Shown: positions 46,084 to 56,416 of the stretch, piece after piece
Layout: each line of letters starts with the position of its first letter
Numbering within the stretch: the first letter of the stretch is position 1
Source of the DNA: Minisyncoccota bacterium
Lineage (GTDB): Bacteria; Patescibacteriota; Minisyncoccia; Minisyncoccales; Minisyncoccaceae
NCBI GenBank assembly: GCA_028692555.1
Contig: JAQUXE010000002.1
Coordinates: 1 to 64,000 of the forward strand
Direction: 5' to 3'
Length of the DNA: 64,000 nucleotides
Made by a program: the position numbers and the translations under genes
The notes under the pieces: generated by a model
Databases searched by the model: none
Seen by the model: the letters and a program-made list of their open reading frames with translations, nothing else
Told to the model about the DNA's origin: nothing

Positions 46084-46948
46084 AGAAGTAAAAGCAAAAA
46101 TTGGTTCAGTTAAAAATATTTCAGACATTACGGGCGCTCTGGAAACTTTTTCTGCTCTTAAAATGAAAAAAACTCAAAAGAGATTTTCAGAGTCAAAACC
46201 TTTTACTGAAGAAATGGCAAAAATGTTAAAGAATATGAAAAAAGCTCTAAGAGAAGGAAAGTCAGTATTCTTAGAAAAAAGGCCTGTTAAAGATATATTG
46301 GTTTGTGTTATTGCTTCTGATAGAGGATTTTGTGGGTCTTTTAACTCTAGTGTTTTAAAACTTGCAGATAAGGAAATAGCAGAATTAAGAAAAGAAGGGG
46401 TTGTTGAAATCTTGCCAGTCGGTAAAAAATCTGTAAAACATTATCTAAAAAAAGAAAAAATTAGATACAGCTTTTCTGGTGTTGGTGATTATTGGGAATT
46501 TAAACAAACAAAAGAGATTTCTGATTTTTTAATCAATTCATTTTTGAATGATAAATATCAAAAAATATATATTGTTTATACTCACTTCTATTCATCTTTT
46601 ATTCAAAAACCAAAAGTAGTTCAATTATTTCCAGCAAGAACTAAAACAATAGAAGGTTTTTTACAAGAAAAAACTTGCGGAGAAGTAGACAAAAACTATA
46701 TCTTAGAGCCATCACCCAAAGTAATATTAGATGAAGTGATTCCTGTTTTTGTTCAATATTTGATATATCAGTTTATTCTTTCAGCAAATACATCAGAACA
46801 TTCTGCGAGAATGATGGCAATGAGAAATGCATCTGATAACGCAAAGGGATTATTAGAAGATTTAAGATTAGTTTATAATAAAGCAAGACAAGCACAAATT
46901 ACTTCTGAAGTTTCTGAGATATCATCAACTAAAGAAGCGATGGGATAA
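46073..46948 (+). CDS. atpG: F-type ATP synthase subunit gamma
   Basis: 291 aa. N- and C-terminal coiled-coil helices (…ARQAQITSEVSEISS) typical of gamma. Confidence 0.85.
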   Translation: MELKEVKAKIGSVKNISDITGALETFSALKMKKTQKRFSESKPFTEEMAKMLKNMKKALREGKSVFLEKRPVKDILVCVIASDRGFCGSFNSSVLKLADKEIAELRKEGVVEILPVGKKSVKHYLKKEKIRYSFSGVGDYWEFKQTKEISDFLINSFLNDKYQKIYIVYTHFYSSFIQKPKVVQLFPARTKTIEGFLQEKTCGEVDKNYILEPSPKVILDEVIPVFVQYLIYQFILSANTSEHSARMMAMRNASDNAKGLLEDLRLVYNKARQAQITSEVSEISSTKEAMG

Positions 46949-46951
46949 TAA

Positions 46952-48567
<1,616 letters not shown>

Positions 48568-48604
48568 CAATATAAGTTCTTCTTATACAAAATACTGTTG
48601 ATTA

Positions 48605-48633
48605 TTGACATATTTTAAATGATTTGATATCAT
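48605..48633 (+). promoter_or_regulatory. sigma70-type promoter TTGACA-N17-TATCAT driving the AbiL-like module
   Basis: TTGACA 48605-48610, 17-nt spacer, TATCAT 48628-48633. ATG at 48644 is ~3-5 nt from predicted +1, so the transcript would be leaderless. Confidence 0.45.
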
Positions 48634-48643
48634 ATTAATTAAT

Positions 48644-49864
48644 ATGATACATTCATTTTCTTGTCATAATTTTTATTCATTTAAAGACCTAACAAAGGTT
48701 GATTTTGTGGTTAATAAAAAGGCACCAATAAACAATTCTTATTTCATTACTGAAACAGGTAGTCGTTTATCAAAAATAGAAACAGTGATTGGTCCCAACG
48801 CTTCAGGAAAAACAAACCTATTAAAGGTCATTCCTTTTTTGAGGTGGTTTATTGTTCATTCTTTTGAAATAGATATCGAAAAGAACCTCCCTGTAAAATC
48901 TTTTTTTTATGGTGATTCTGAAAAAAAACCAACATATTTTGCTGTTGTCTTTCAGATAGAAAATAAAATATATGAATATTCAGTAATTCTTGATAGTAAA
49001 ATAATTAAAAAAGAAGAACTTAAGGTTAGGGTAAAAAACATAAAAAAAACATCTACAAAAAAATTGTTTACTAGGGAGTGGGATCCTATAAACAAAAAAT
49101 ATAAATTAAGTGCAAGAAATTTTAATTTGCCCAAAGTTGTGGATGCTTCTCAATTGCAAAATAAGGCAAGCTTAATTTGCACTGCGGCTCGTAGCAATCA
49201 CAAAGAAAGTCAAGAAATAATTAATTTTTGGAGAAAAATAGAAACCAATGTAATTGAAATAGGATGGCTGGGGGACAGTTATTCAAAAGACAAAGGGACT
49301 CAATTTTATAGGGCCGTAAATTTTTATAATAATCCTCAAAATAAAATAATAAAAGAAAGAGTAGAAGAATTGCTTTCTCAATTTGATTTAGGATTAAATT
49401 CATTTAATATTGAGAAAGACGAAAAAGAAGGAGAAGCTTTTCTTCGCCTGAATTTTAACCATTCTTTTGGCGGAGAAATAAAGTTGCTTCCATTTATTTA
49501 TGAGTCTTCCGGAACAAAGCAGTTGTTTATTATACTAAAAAGTATTTTAAGTGTTTTAAATAACGGAGGAATTATTGTTTTAGATGAATTTGATGCGAGC
49601 TTACATCCATCTATAGTTTTAAAAATATTTGAATTATTTATTCATCCAGAAACTAATCCCAACAATGCTCAAATTATTTTTAGTACTCATAATCATCAAA
49701 TTTTAAATTCTTTAGACAAATATCAAATCATTTTGGTTGAAAAAAACAATGAAGGAGTAAGTGAGGCATGGCGATTAGATGAAATGGGTAGTGAAGTTCG
49801 AATAGATGATAATTTTTATGCTAAATATATAGCTGGTACATATGGTGGCATACCAAAGATATAA
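48644..49864 (+). CDS. ABC-type (AAA_21-like) ATPase, AbiLi/RloA-like putative defense ATPase
   Basis: 406 aa. Walker A GPNASGKTN, signature-like ESSGTKQL, Walker B IIVLDEFDASLHP, H-loop STHN. Confidence 0.7.
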   Translation: MIHSFSCHNFYSFKDLTKVDFVVNKKAPINNSYFITETGSRLSKIETVIGPNASGKTNLLKVIPFLRWFIVHSFEIDIEKNLPVKSFFYGDSEKKPTYFAVVFQIENKIYEYSVILDSKIIKKEELKVRVKNIKKTSTKKLFTREWDPINKKYKLSARNFNLPKVVDASQLQNKASLICTAARSNHKESQEIINFWRKIETNVIEIGWLGDSYSKDKGTQFYRAVNFYNNPQNKIIKERVEELLSQFDLGLNSFNIEKDEKEGEAFLRLNFNHSFGGEIKLLPFIYESSGTKQLFIILKSILSVLNNGGIIVLDEFDASLHPSIVLKIFELFIHPETNPNNAQIIFSTHNHQILNSLDKYQIILVEKNNEGVSEAWRLDEMGSEVRIDDNFYAKYIAGTYGGIPKI

Positions 49865-50354
49865 GAAAAAAATAATAAAAAAGACAACTCTTTTTTTCGG
49901 AGAAGGTCTTTTAGATTCTTTGTTTTTAGAGTATTTAAAATCAATATACTCATCAAAAAAGATTCATATAACAATACGACGCGGTCGAGGAGGAGACGCC
50001 AAAAAAATCGTCAAAGATTGTATAAAAGTTTTTGGTGATTTTAAAAAAAGAGCTGTTCTTTTAGATAATGATAAGCCAGCAAAAGAAGTTTTAGATGCAC
50101 GAAAGATTGCTAAAGAAAACAATATTATTGTTATAGAAAATACACCATGCTTAGAAGCACTTTTTTTATCTATTCTTGATAAAGATTATGAAAATAAGAA
50201 TACCAAGTGGTACAAGAAAGAATTTGAAAAACATCATAAAAAAGAAATTCAATCTTTTTATGATTTTAATAAAATCTTTCCAAAAGAAATAATTGAAGAA
50301 AAAAGAGAAAAGATTAGTAATCTTAAATTAATAATAGAGACATTAACAAAATAG
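49842..50354 (+). CDS. RloB/AbiLii-like (TOPRIM-related) partner protein
   Basis: 170 aa. N-terminal TLFFGEGLLDSLFLEYL (cf. RloB ilivcEGekTE.yF) and IVIENTPCLEALFLSIL (cf. RloB NPcFElWlLlHF) recalled from the RloB family. 23-nt overlap with upstream ATPase gene. Confidence 0.5.
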   Translation: MVAYQRYKKKIIKKTTLFFGEGLLDSLFLEYLKSIYSSKKIHITIRRGRGGDAKKIVKDCIKVFGDFKKRAVLLDNDKPAKEVLDARKIAKENNIIVIENTPCLEALFLSILDKDYENKNTKWYKKEFEKHHKKEIQSFYDFNKIFPKEIIEEKREKISNLKLIIETLTK

Positions 50355-50386
50355 ACAAATTTATTTTTTTAGAGTAATATATCACT

Positions 50387-51328
50387 ATGAAAATACAAGA
50401 GATTTTTGATTTAGCAATAAAGATGGGAATAAATTCCGACTTAAGGGGTTCTGCAAAAGTAGAGAAGTTTTTGAGTAGAAAAAAGAAAAAATATGATGAA
50501 TTAAGCGAAGGCAAAAAAGAAGAGTTTGATATTGAGGCACTAACTAATCCTTACTTAGATTCAAGAATTCACAACATTGCAGAAGATAAGGAGATAAAAA
50601 AGGTCTTGTCTGGTATTGATGCTGACACAGCGGAGCTATTACTAGCAAAACAGCTGGGAGTAGATTTAGTTATTAGTCATCATCCTGTTGGAAAAGGATT
50701 GTCTTGCCTGGGGGATGTTATGGAGATGCAGGCCGATATTTACAATCAATATGGAGTTCCAATTAATGTTGCAGAAGCACTAAATAACCCTAAGATTGGA
50801 GAAGTTACAAGAAGCGTTACTTCTTCAAATCATCAAAAAAGTGTTGACGCAGCAAAAATTTTGGGGGTTAATTTTATAAATATTCATACCCCAGCAGATA
50901 ATTTAGTAGCAAATTTTCTTAAGAACTTAGTTGAAAGCAAGGAATTAGAAACAGTTGAGGAGTTAATTAATTTATTAAAAGAAATTCCTGAGTACAGAGA
51001 GGCGATTAAAAATGGTTCTGGTCCTAAAATTATTACAGGCAAGGGAGACAACAGGTGTGGCAAAATTGCAATTACAGAAATAACAGGAGGAACAGAAGCA
51101 TCTTCAAAATTAATGGAAGCTCTTTCTCAGGCAGGAGTTGGTACTGTTGTTGCTATGCACGCCTCGGAAGATCACAGAAAAAAAGCAGAGGCCTCTCATA
51201 TTAATATTGTTATTGCTGGCCATATTTCTTCTGACTCTTTAGGGATGAATTTATTTTTAGATGAACTAGAAAAAAAGGGAATAGAAATTATTCCTTTTAG
51301 TGGATTAACTAGAGTTAAAAGGTCTTAA
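50387..51328 (+). CDS. Nif3-like dinuclear-metal-centre protein (tentative)
   Basis: 313 aa. LVISHHPV and NIHTPAD resemble NIF3 metal-binding motifs (HHP..., H-T-x-x-D). Confidence 0.45.
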   Translation: MKIQEIFDLAIKMGINSDLRGSAKVEKFLSRKKKKYDELSEGKKEEFDIEALTNPYLDSRIHNIAEDKEIKKVLSGIDADTAELLLAKQLGVDLVISHHPVGKGLSCLGDVMEMQADIYNQYGVPINVAEALNNPKIGEVTRSVTSSNHQKSVDAAKILGVNFINIHTPADNLVANFLKNLVESKELETVEELINLLKEIPEYREAIKNGSGPKIITGKGDNRCGKIAITEITGGTEASSKLMEALSQAGVGTVVAMHASEDHRKKAEASHINIVIAGHISSDSLGMNLFLDELEKKGIEIIPFSGLTRVKRS

Positions 51329-52817
51329 TCATATAGGTTTTTGAAAGGCGATATCCTAATTTTTTCCTATAATAATCTCTTACGCCAACACCTGAAATTA
51401 CAGCAATTCTTTTTTTATTTGCTATTTTTTCTGCTTCTTTAACCATTAGCATTCCTAGCCCTTTGTGTTGGGATCCTTTTTTTGATATTTGTGTCGCTTG
51501 ACCATAAACGTGAACTTCTCTAATTAAGGCAGTGTCACTATTAGTAATTCTTAATCTTAAAATAGAATATATATTTTTTCTATTTTTGTCTTCGAAACTT
51601 AAAAATATTTCTTTCCCATCTGATGCCTCATACTCTTCTTTAAAAAGAAAAACTTCTTCGTTTTTTATATCTTTAATTTCTCTGCATCTTATGCATTTGC
51701 ATATTTTTTGAGAATCAATAAATTGTCTTAAGTTTGATGATTTAGCTCCTCCCTCAACAATTAATGGAGAAGGAATATCTCTAATAATTCTTTCAATTCG
51801 AACATAGATTGGAATGTACTTTTTTATTTCATTAATTGTTTCAATTAAAATCTCTCTATTATATGGCTTATATTCTCCTTTGAGATAAAGATTATATAAT
51901 GGAGCTTCTTTTACGAGCGCACAAGGATATATTTTTAAATAATCGGGCTTAAAAGAAGGATTACTAAACAATTCTTTAAACATTTCAATATCTTTTTGAG
52001 GATTAGATCCTGGAAGATTTAACATCATTTGATAGGCAACTTTAAAACCAGCATTTTTCAATAGCTTCGTTGCTTTTATTGTTTCTTTAACTCCGTGGCC
52101 TCTTTTATTCATAGTTAAAACATTATCATATAGTGACTGAACTCCTATCTCTATTTTTGTAGCGCCCAATAGAAGCATTTCGTCAATTTCTTTTTGGTTA
52201 ATAAAATCGGGCCTTGTTTCAAAAGAAATTCCCACGATTCTATGCTTTGCTTTCTCATTCCTTCTTTGGGAAAGCTTCAATGTTCTATCTTTTTTATCAT
52301 TGCAGGCCTCAAAGCATCTTTTAACAAACCACTCTTTGTATTTTTTAGTATAACTAGACCAGTTCCCTCCAATTAGACGGAGCTCTATTTTATCAGTTGG
52401 ATGTCCTCCTAATTCTAATGATTCAATACGATTTTTGACTTGCAAATAGGGATCATACTTTAATTTTTTAGCTCTTTCAACCGCCGGTTCACCCGATAGG
52501 TAGCTTTTGGGAATATTTGTCTCTTTAGGGCAATAAATACACTCTCCAGGGCAATCATATGGCTTGGTTAAGACAGAAACATTAACTACACCTGATAAAG
52601 ACCTCACAGGCCTAGTGATTAATAGTTTTTCTATTTCGCTATTTTTTTTAATTCTTTTTTTATTAACTAAACTATGATATTCTCTAAGCAGAGCAATGTT
52701 ACTTGGGCAATCAATTTTATTCTCTTTAGCAAAGCTTCTTTTAACAGAAGCCAGCTCTTTAGAAGAGGTAACATTTTTATCTAAAAGATCTCTAATTATT
52801 AATTCGTTGTAATTCAT
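51315..52817 (-). CDS. elp3: Elp3-type radical SAM + GNAT tRNA wobble-uridine modifying enzyme
   Basis: 500 aa. Radical-SAM cluster CPGECIYC (CxxxCxxC), long rSAM core, C-terminal acetyltransferase-like domain. Confidence 0.85.
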   Translation of the reverse strand: MNYNELIIRDLLDKNVTSSKELASVKRSFAKENKIDCPSNIALLREYHSLVNKKRIKKNSEIEKLLITRPVRSLSGVVNVSVLTKPYDCPGECIYCPKETNIPKSYLSGEPAVERAKKLKYDPYLQVKNRIESLELGGHPTDKIELRLIGGNWSSYTKKYKEWFVKRCFEACNDKKDRTLKLSQRRNEKAKHRIVGISFETRPDFINQKEIDEMLLLGATKIEIGVQSLYDNVLTMNKRGHGVKETIKATKLLKNAGFKVAYQMMLNLPGSNPQKDIEMFKELFSNPSFKPDYLKIYPCALVKEAPLYNLYLKGEYKPYNREILIETINEIKKYIPIYVRIERIIRDIPSPLIVEGGAKSSNLRQFIDSQKICKCIRCREIKDIKNEEVFLFKEEYEASDGKEIFLSFEDKNRKNIYSILRLRITNSDTALIREVHVYGQATQISKKGSQHKGLGMLMVKEAEKIANKKRIAVISGVGVRDYYRKKLGYRLSKTYMIKTF

Positions 52818-53451
52818 GGAAAATAATAAAGCTAAAAATATAATAAGGGAAACTATTGAGGATTATAACAGCATTTCCCAAAAATACTCAAGCGTTAGAA
52901 GTAAGCCATGGAAAGAGATGGAGTTTCTCTTTAGAGATACTAAAGAGGGCGACAACGTCTTAGATTTAGGTTGCGGAAACGGAAGATTTTATGAATATCT
53001 TAAAAAATCTAACTATATTGGTATAGACCCTTCGGTAGAATTAATTAAAATATGTAAAAATAATTATCCTGAGGCAAGCTTCAAGGTTGCTCTTGGCAAT
53101 GATCTTCCCTTTGAAGATGAATTATTTGATAAAATATTTAGCATTGCAGTTTTGCATCATATCCCTAGTGAAAAATTAAGAAAAGAATTTTTATTAGAAG
53201 TTAAAAGAGTTTTAAAAAATGATGGCATATTTATTTTGACTGTCTGGAATTTAAAAAACAAACTAAAAGGAGAGAAAGATGTTTTTATTCCATGGTATAG
53301 CGAAAAAGAAACTTATTTTTATTGTTTTAATCTAGAAGAACTGATACAATTAGTCAAAGATTGTGGTTTTGAGATTATTGACAGCGGAGAGATATTAATA
53401 GGAAAAAAGCCATATTCTAATTTTTATATCAAATGTCAAAAAAAGAAATAA
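52816..53451 (+). CDS. Trm9-like tRNA (carboxymethyluridine34) methyltransferase
   Basis: 211 aa. SAM motif VLDLGCGNGRF. Blocks Y..ISQKYSSVRSKPW, FDKIFSIAVLHHIPS and DVFIPW mirror Trm9 blocks (YNEIAPHFSQTRYKPW, FDFAISIAVVHH, DVFVPW). Divergent with elp3, overlapping by 2 nt. Confidence 0.65.
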   Translation: MENNKAKNIIRETIEDYNSISQKYSSVRSKPWKEMEFLFRDTKEGDNVLDLGCGNGRFYEYLKKSNYIGIDPSVELIKICKNNYPEASFKVALGNDLPFEDELFDKIFSIAVLHHIPSEKLRKEFLLEVKRVLKNDGIFILTVWNLKNKLKGEKDVFIPWYSEKETYFYCFNLEELIQLVKDCGFEIIDSGEILIGKKPYSNFYIKCQKKK

Positions 53452-54011
53452 AATATAATATAGTTGTTTCTGGGGCCGCTCAAGTTGGTCATTGCGCAGA
53501 AAACATAGAAGAAATATCAAAAGAAGTTGGTAGAGAAATCGCTAGACAGGGCCACACACTTGTGACAGGGGCAACAACAGGTGTTCCATATTTTTCTGCA
53601 GTTGGATGTAATGAAGAAGGGGGATTTAATATAGGATTTTCTCCCGCATCAACAGAAAGTCAGCACCTTAAGTCATATAGATTGCCATTAGATCCTTTTA
53701 ATATTATGATTTATACAGGAGCTGATTATGTTGGAAGAGATGTTGTAATGACTAAGTCGGCTGATGCAGTAATTATTATTTGTGGAAGAACAGGAACACT
53801 TCACGAATTTACTGTAGCTATTGAAACACAAAAAGCAATTGCTGTTTTAGAAGGAACTGGAGGCATGGCCGATAAGATAAGGGGAATAATTGAGAGTTAT
53901 TGCAAAGCATCAAACAAAATCATATATGACAGAGATCCTAGAAAATTAGTAGAGAGAACAATTAAAGAAATTCAAAGAAAAAAGAAAAAGACATCTAAAT
54001 TATTAAAATAA
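53433..54011 (+). CDS. Rossmann-fold nucleotide-binding protein of the TIGR00725/SLOG (LOG-like) type
   Basis: 192 aa. VVSGAAQVG...GHTLVTGATTGVPY...ICGRTGTLHEF pattern typical of LOG/SLOG proteins. Confidence 0.45.
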   Translation: MSKKEIKYNIVVSGAAQVGHCAENIEEISKEVGREIARQGHTLVTGATTGVPYFSAVGCNEEGGFNIGFSPASTESQHLKSYRLPLDPFNIMIYTGADYVGRDVVMTKSADAVIIICGRTGTLHEFTVAIETQKAIAVLEGTGGMADKIRGIIESYCKASNKIIYDRDPRKLVERTIKEIQRKKKKTSKLLK

Positions 54012-54015
54012 AAAT

Positions 54016-54765
54016 ATGAACGAAATAATAATACCAATCATAATCACAATAGCAGTTATTTTATTAGCTTCAATAAAGCAAATAAATCAATATGAGAACG
54101 GAGTTAAATTTACTCTGGGTAAGTTTTCTGGAACAATGAGTCCGGGGTGGCGAATTGTTTTGCCAATTATTCAATTTTACAAAAAAGTTGATATGAGAAC
54201 AAAAGCGGTAGATGTTCCTGATCAAGAGGCAATTACGAGAGACAATATTTCAGTAAGAGTTAATGCAGTAATTTATTATAAAATTAAATCAGCCCCAAAA
54301 GCAATTTTACAAGTAGAAGATTTTTATTATGCTATTTCTCAATTAGCTCAAACAACAATGAGAAATGCTGTTGGTAAAGTAGAATTAGATGAATTATTAT
54401 CTCAAAGGGACAAGGTTTCCGAAGATATTAGGGGAATTATTGATGCAATGTCTGATCCATGGGGAATTGATGTTGAAAATCTTGAATTAAAAGATATTAC
54501 TTTGCCTGAAGAAATGAAAAGAGTCATTGGAAAACAAGCAGAAGCAGAAAGAGAAAAAAGAGCTGTTATTATTAAAGCAGAAGGTGAGGTTGCAGCAGCT
54601 AATAATATGGCCACAGCGGCCAAGGTTTTGTCTGGCTCAGAAGGAGCTCTTCACTTAAGAACCTTGCAATCAATAAATGATATTAGTTCAGATCAATCAA
54701 ACACAATTATATTTGCAGTTCCATTAGAAGTGCTAAGGTCTTTTGAGGGCAAGAAGTTACCTTAA
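54016..54765 (+). CDS. SPFH/stomatin-like (slipin) membrane protein
   Basis: 249 aa. N-terminal TM, stomatin core (VDMRTKAVDVPDQEAITRDNISVRVNAVIYYKI), coiled-coil C-terminus. Confidence 0.8.
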   Translation: MNEIIIPIIITIAVILLASIKQINQYENGVKFTLGKFSGTMSPGWRIVLPIIQFYKKVDMRTKAVDVPDQEAITRDNISVRVNAVIYYKIKSAPKAILQVEDFYYAISQLAQTTMRNAVGKVELDELLSQRDKVSEDIRGIIDAMSDPWGIDVENLELKDITLPEEMKRVIGKQAEAEREKRAVIIKAEGEVAAANNMATAAKVLSGSEGALHLRTLQSINDISSDQSNTIIFAVPLEVLRSFEGKKLP

Positions 54766-55707
54766 GTATAGATTCTTCTTATAATTATGCTCATTAAGAG
54801 TAGTTGAGAAATGAGTTTTACCGTCTGGTGCTGACAAATAATACCAGTAGTTATTTTTTGTTGGGTATATTGCAGCAAGAATACTATTCATTCCTGGATT
54901 AGATATGGGGCCAATAGGAAGGCCCCTATATTTATATGTATTATATGGAGAATCAATTTGTGTATCTGTTGTTGAAACGCTAGATTTTTTTTCTCCAAGA
55001 GCATAAAGGACTGTTGCACATGTTTGCAGGGGCATATTAGCGTTAATTCTTTTCCATAAAACATCAGAAACATTTTTTTTGTCTTCTAAGCTTTTAACCT
55101 CTTTTTCAATAATTGAGGCCATGATAATTATTTCCTCAATCGTTTTTCCCTGTTTTTCAATTTCATTCTTTAATTCTGTAGTCATTTTTTTTTCAAAATT
55201 TAAAAGCGCTTTTTGAACTATTGTTTCTGCTGTATCTTTGCTTGTGATATTGTATGTATCAGGAAAAATATATCCTTCTAAGCTATCTTTGTTTCTTGGT
55301 TCTCCGGTAATACTAAAAAATTCATCTTTGCTCGAAATACCTTTTTCTTCAAGATAAATTGCGATGTCATTTAAGTCCCATCCTTCAATTATGGTTATTT
55401 TTTCTTCATTTATTTTTCCCCCAACTATTATTTCTATAATTTGCGGAATGTTCATTTGTGGAGATAAAAGATATTCTCCTGCTTGAATATTTCTATTATT
55501 AGTTATTAGAGAATAAAATAAAAAAAGATTTGATGACCTGATGATTTCTTCATTTTTCAAATCTTGAGCAATTTTTTTAATAGATGATCCTTTTTCAATA
55601 TTGAAAATATTTAAATCATTCGTGTTTGAAATTGGTTGATATATACCTTGTTGTATATAAATAAAAATAACAACCATTATTAATAAAATAAGGATTCTTT
55701 TAATCAT
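54757..55707 (-). CDS. mltG: endolytic murein transglycosylase MltG (YceG family)
   Basis: 316 aa. N-terminal TM, YceG/MltG core (IIMASIIEKEV; YNTYKYRGLPIGPISNPG). Confidence 0.8.
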   Translation of the reverse strand: MIKRILILLIMVVIFIYIQQGIYQPISNTNDLNIFNIEKGSSIKKIAQDLKNEEIIRSSNLFLFYSLITNNRNIQAGEYLLSPQMNIPQIIEIIVGGKINEEKITIIEGWDLNDIAIYLEEKGISSKDEFFSITGEPRNKDSLEGYIFPDTYNITSKDTAETIVQKALLNFEKKMTTELKNEIEKQGKTIEEIIIMASIIEKEVKSLEDKKNVSDVLWKRINANMPLQTCATVLYALGEKKSSVSTTDTQIDSPYNTYKYRGLPIGPISNPGMNSILAAIYPTKNNYWYYLSAPDGKTHFSTTLNEHNYKKNLYLR

Positions 55708-55735
55708 AAATATATACTATTTTATAATTGTCCTC

Positions 55736-55763
55736 TTGACAAGAGCCAACAAGAGAGTATACT
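55736..55763 (+). promoter_or_regulatory. sigma70-type promoter TTGACA-N16-TATACT for the greA leader
   Basis: TTGACA 55736-55741, 16-nt spacer, TATACT 55758-55763. ~185 nt upstream of greA ATG. Confidence 0.45.
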
Positions 55764-55910
55764 CATAAAAAAGCATGAATACTTTTATTATAAATCAGAA
55801 ATATACGTCAATGTGGGCAAAACAAATTTGCTTTATTTTGGTGTCATTTTTGAATAATAAGGGGAGAAGCTTTATTTTATAAGATAAATAAAATTAATAA
55901 AGATTAATAA

Positions 55911-55935
55911 CTTCTCCCCAAAAGGAGAAGTTTTT
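55911..55935 (+). terminator. intrinsic terminator hairpin in greA leader, with alternative upstream pairing (attenuator-like)
   Basis: CTTCTCC-ccaaaa-GGAGAAG followed by TTTTT, 13 nt before greA ATG. GGGGAGAAG at 55861-55869 can alternatively pair with CTTCTCCCC (55911-55919). Confidence 0.45.
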
Positions 55936-55948
55936 CTTTAATAAAAAT

Positions 55949-56416
55949 ATGACAAAAATATACTATTTAACAAAAAATGGGCTTAAAAATATTCAAAGAG
56001 AATATGAAGAATTAAAAAATCTCTACAAAAGGGAAATTTTAGAAGAGGCACCATCAATGCTTGAGGGAGATTCTTTGAATCCTGAATTTTCTGTTTTCCA
56101 AGAAAATATTGAATTATTAGAACAAAGAATTGAGGAGTTGAATCATATTCTTAAAAATTATAGAATAATAAGTAAACCATCTAAAAAAGAGCAAGACAAG
56201 GTAGACATAGGGGCGAAAGTTATTCTTAAAAATGGATCAAAAAAAGAAGAGGAATATAAGATAGTGGGAACACTTGAGGCAGATCCTTTTGCTGGTAAAA
56301 TTAGTAATGAGTCACCATTAGGGGTTTCTTTTATCGGTAAAAAAGTTGGAGAAGTGGTATCTTTTAATAATGATAGGAAGTATAAAATATTAAAAATTCA
56401 ATATGAGGAAGCGTGA
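55949..56416 (+). CDS. greA: transcription elongation factor GreA
   Basis: 155 aa. N-terminal coiled coil, C-terminal FKBP-like domain (YKIVGTLEADPFAGKISNESPLGVSFIGKKVGEVV). Confidence 0.8.
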   Translation: MTKIYYLTKNGLKNIQREYEELKNLYKREILEEAPSMLEGDSLNPEFSVFQENIELLEQRIEELNHILKNYRIISKPSKKEQDKVDIGAKVILKNGSKKEEEYKIVGTLEADPFAGKISNESPLGVSFIGKKVGEVVSFNNDRKYKILKIQYEEA

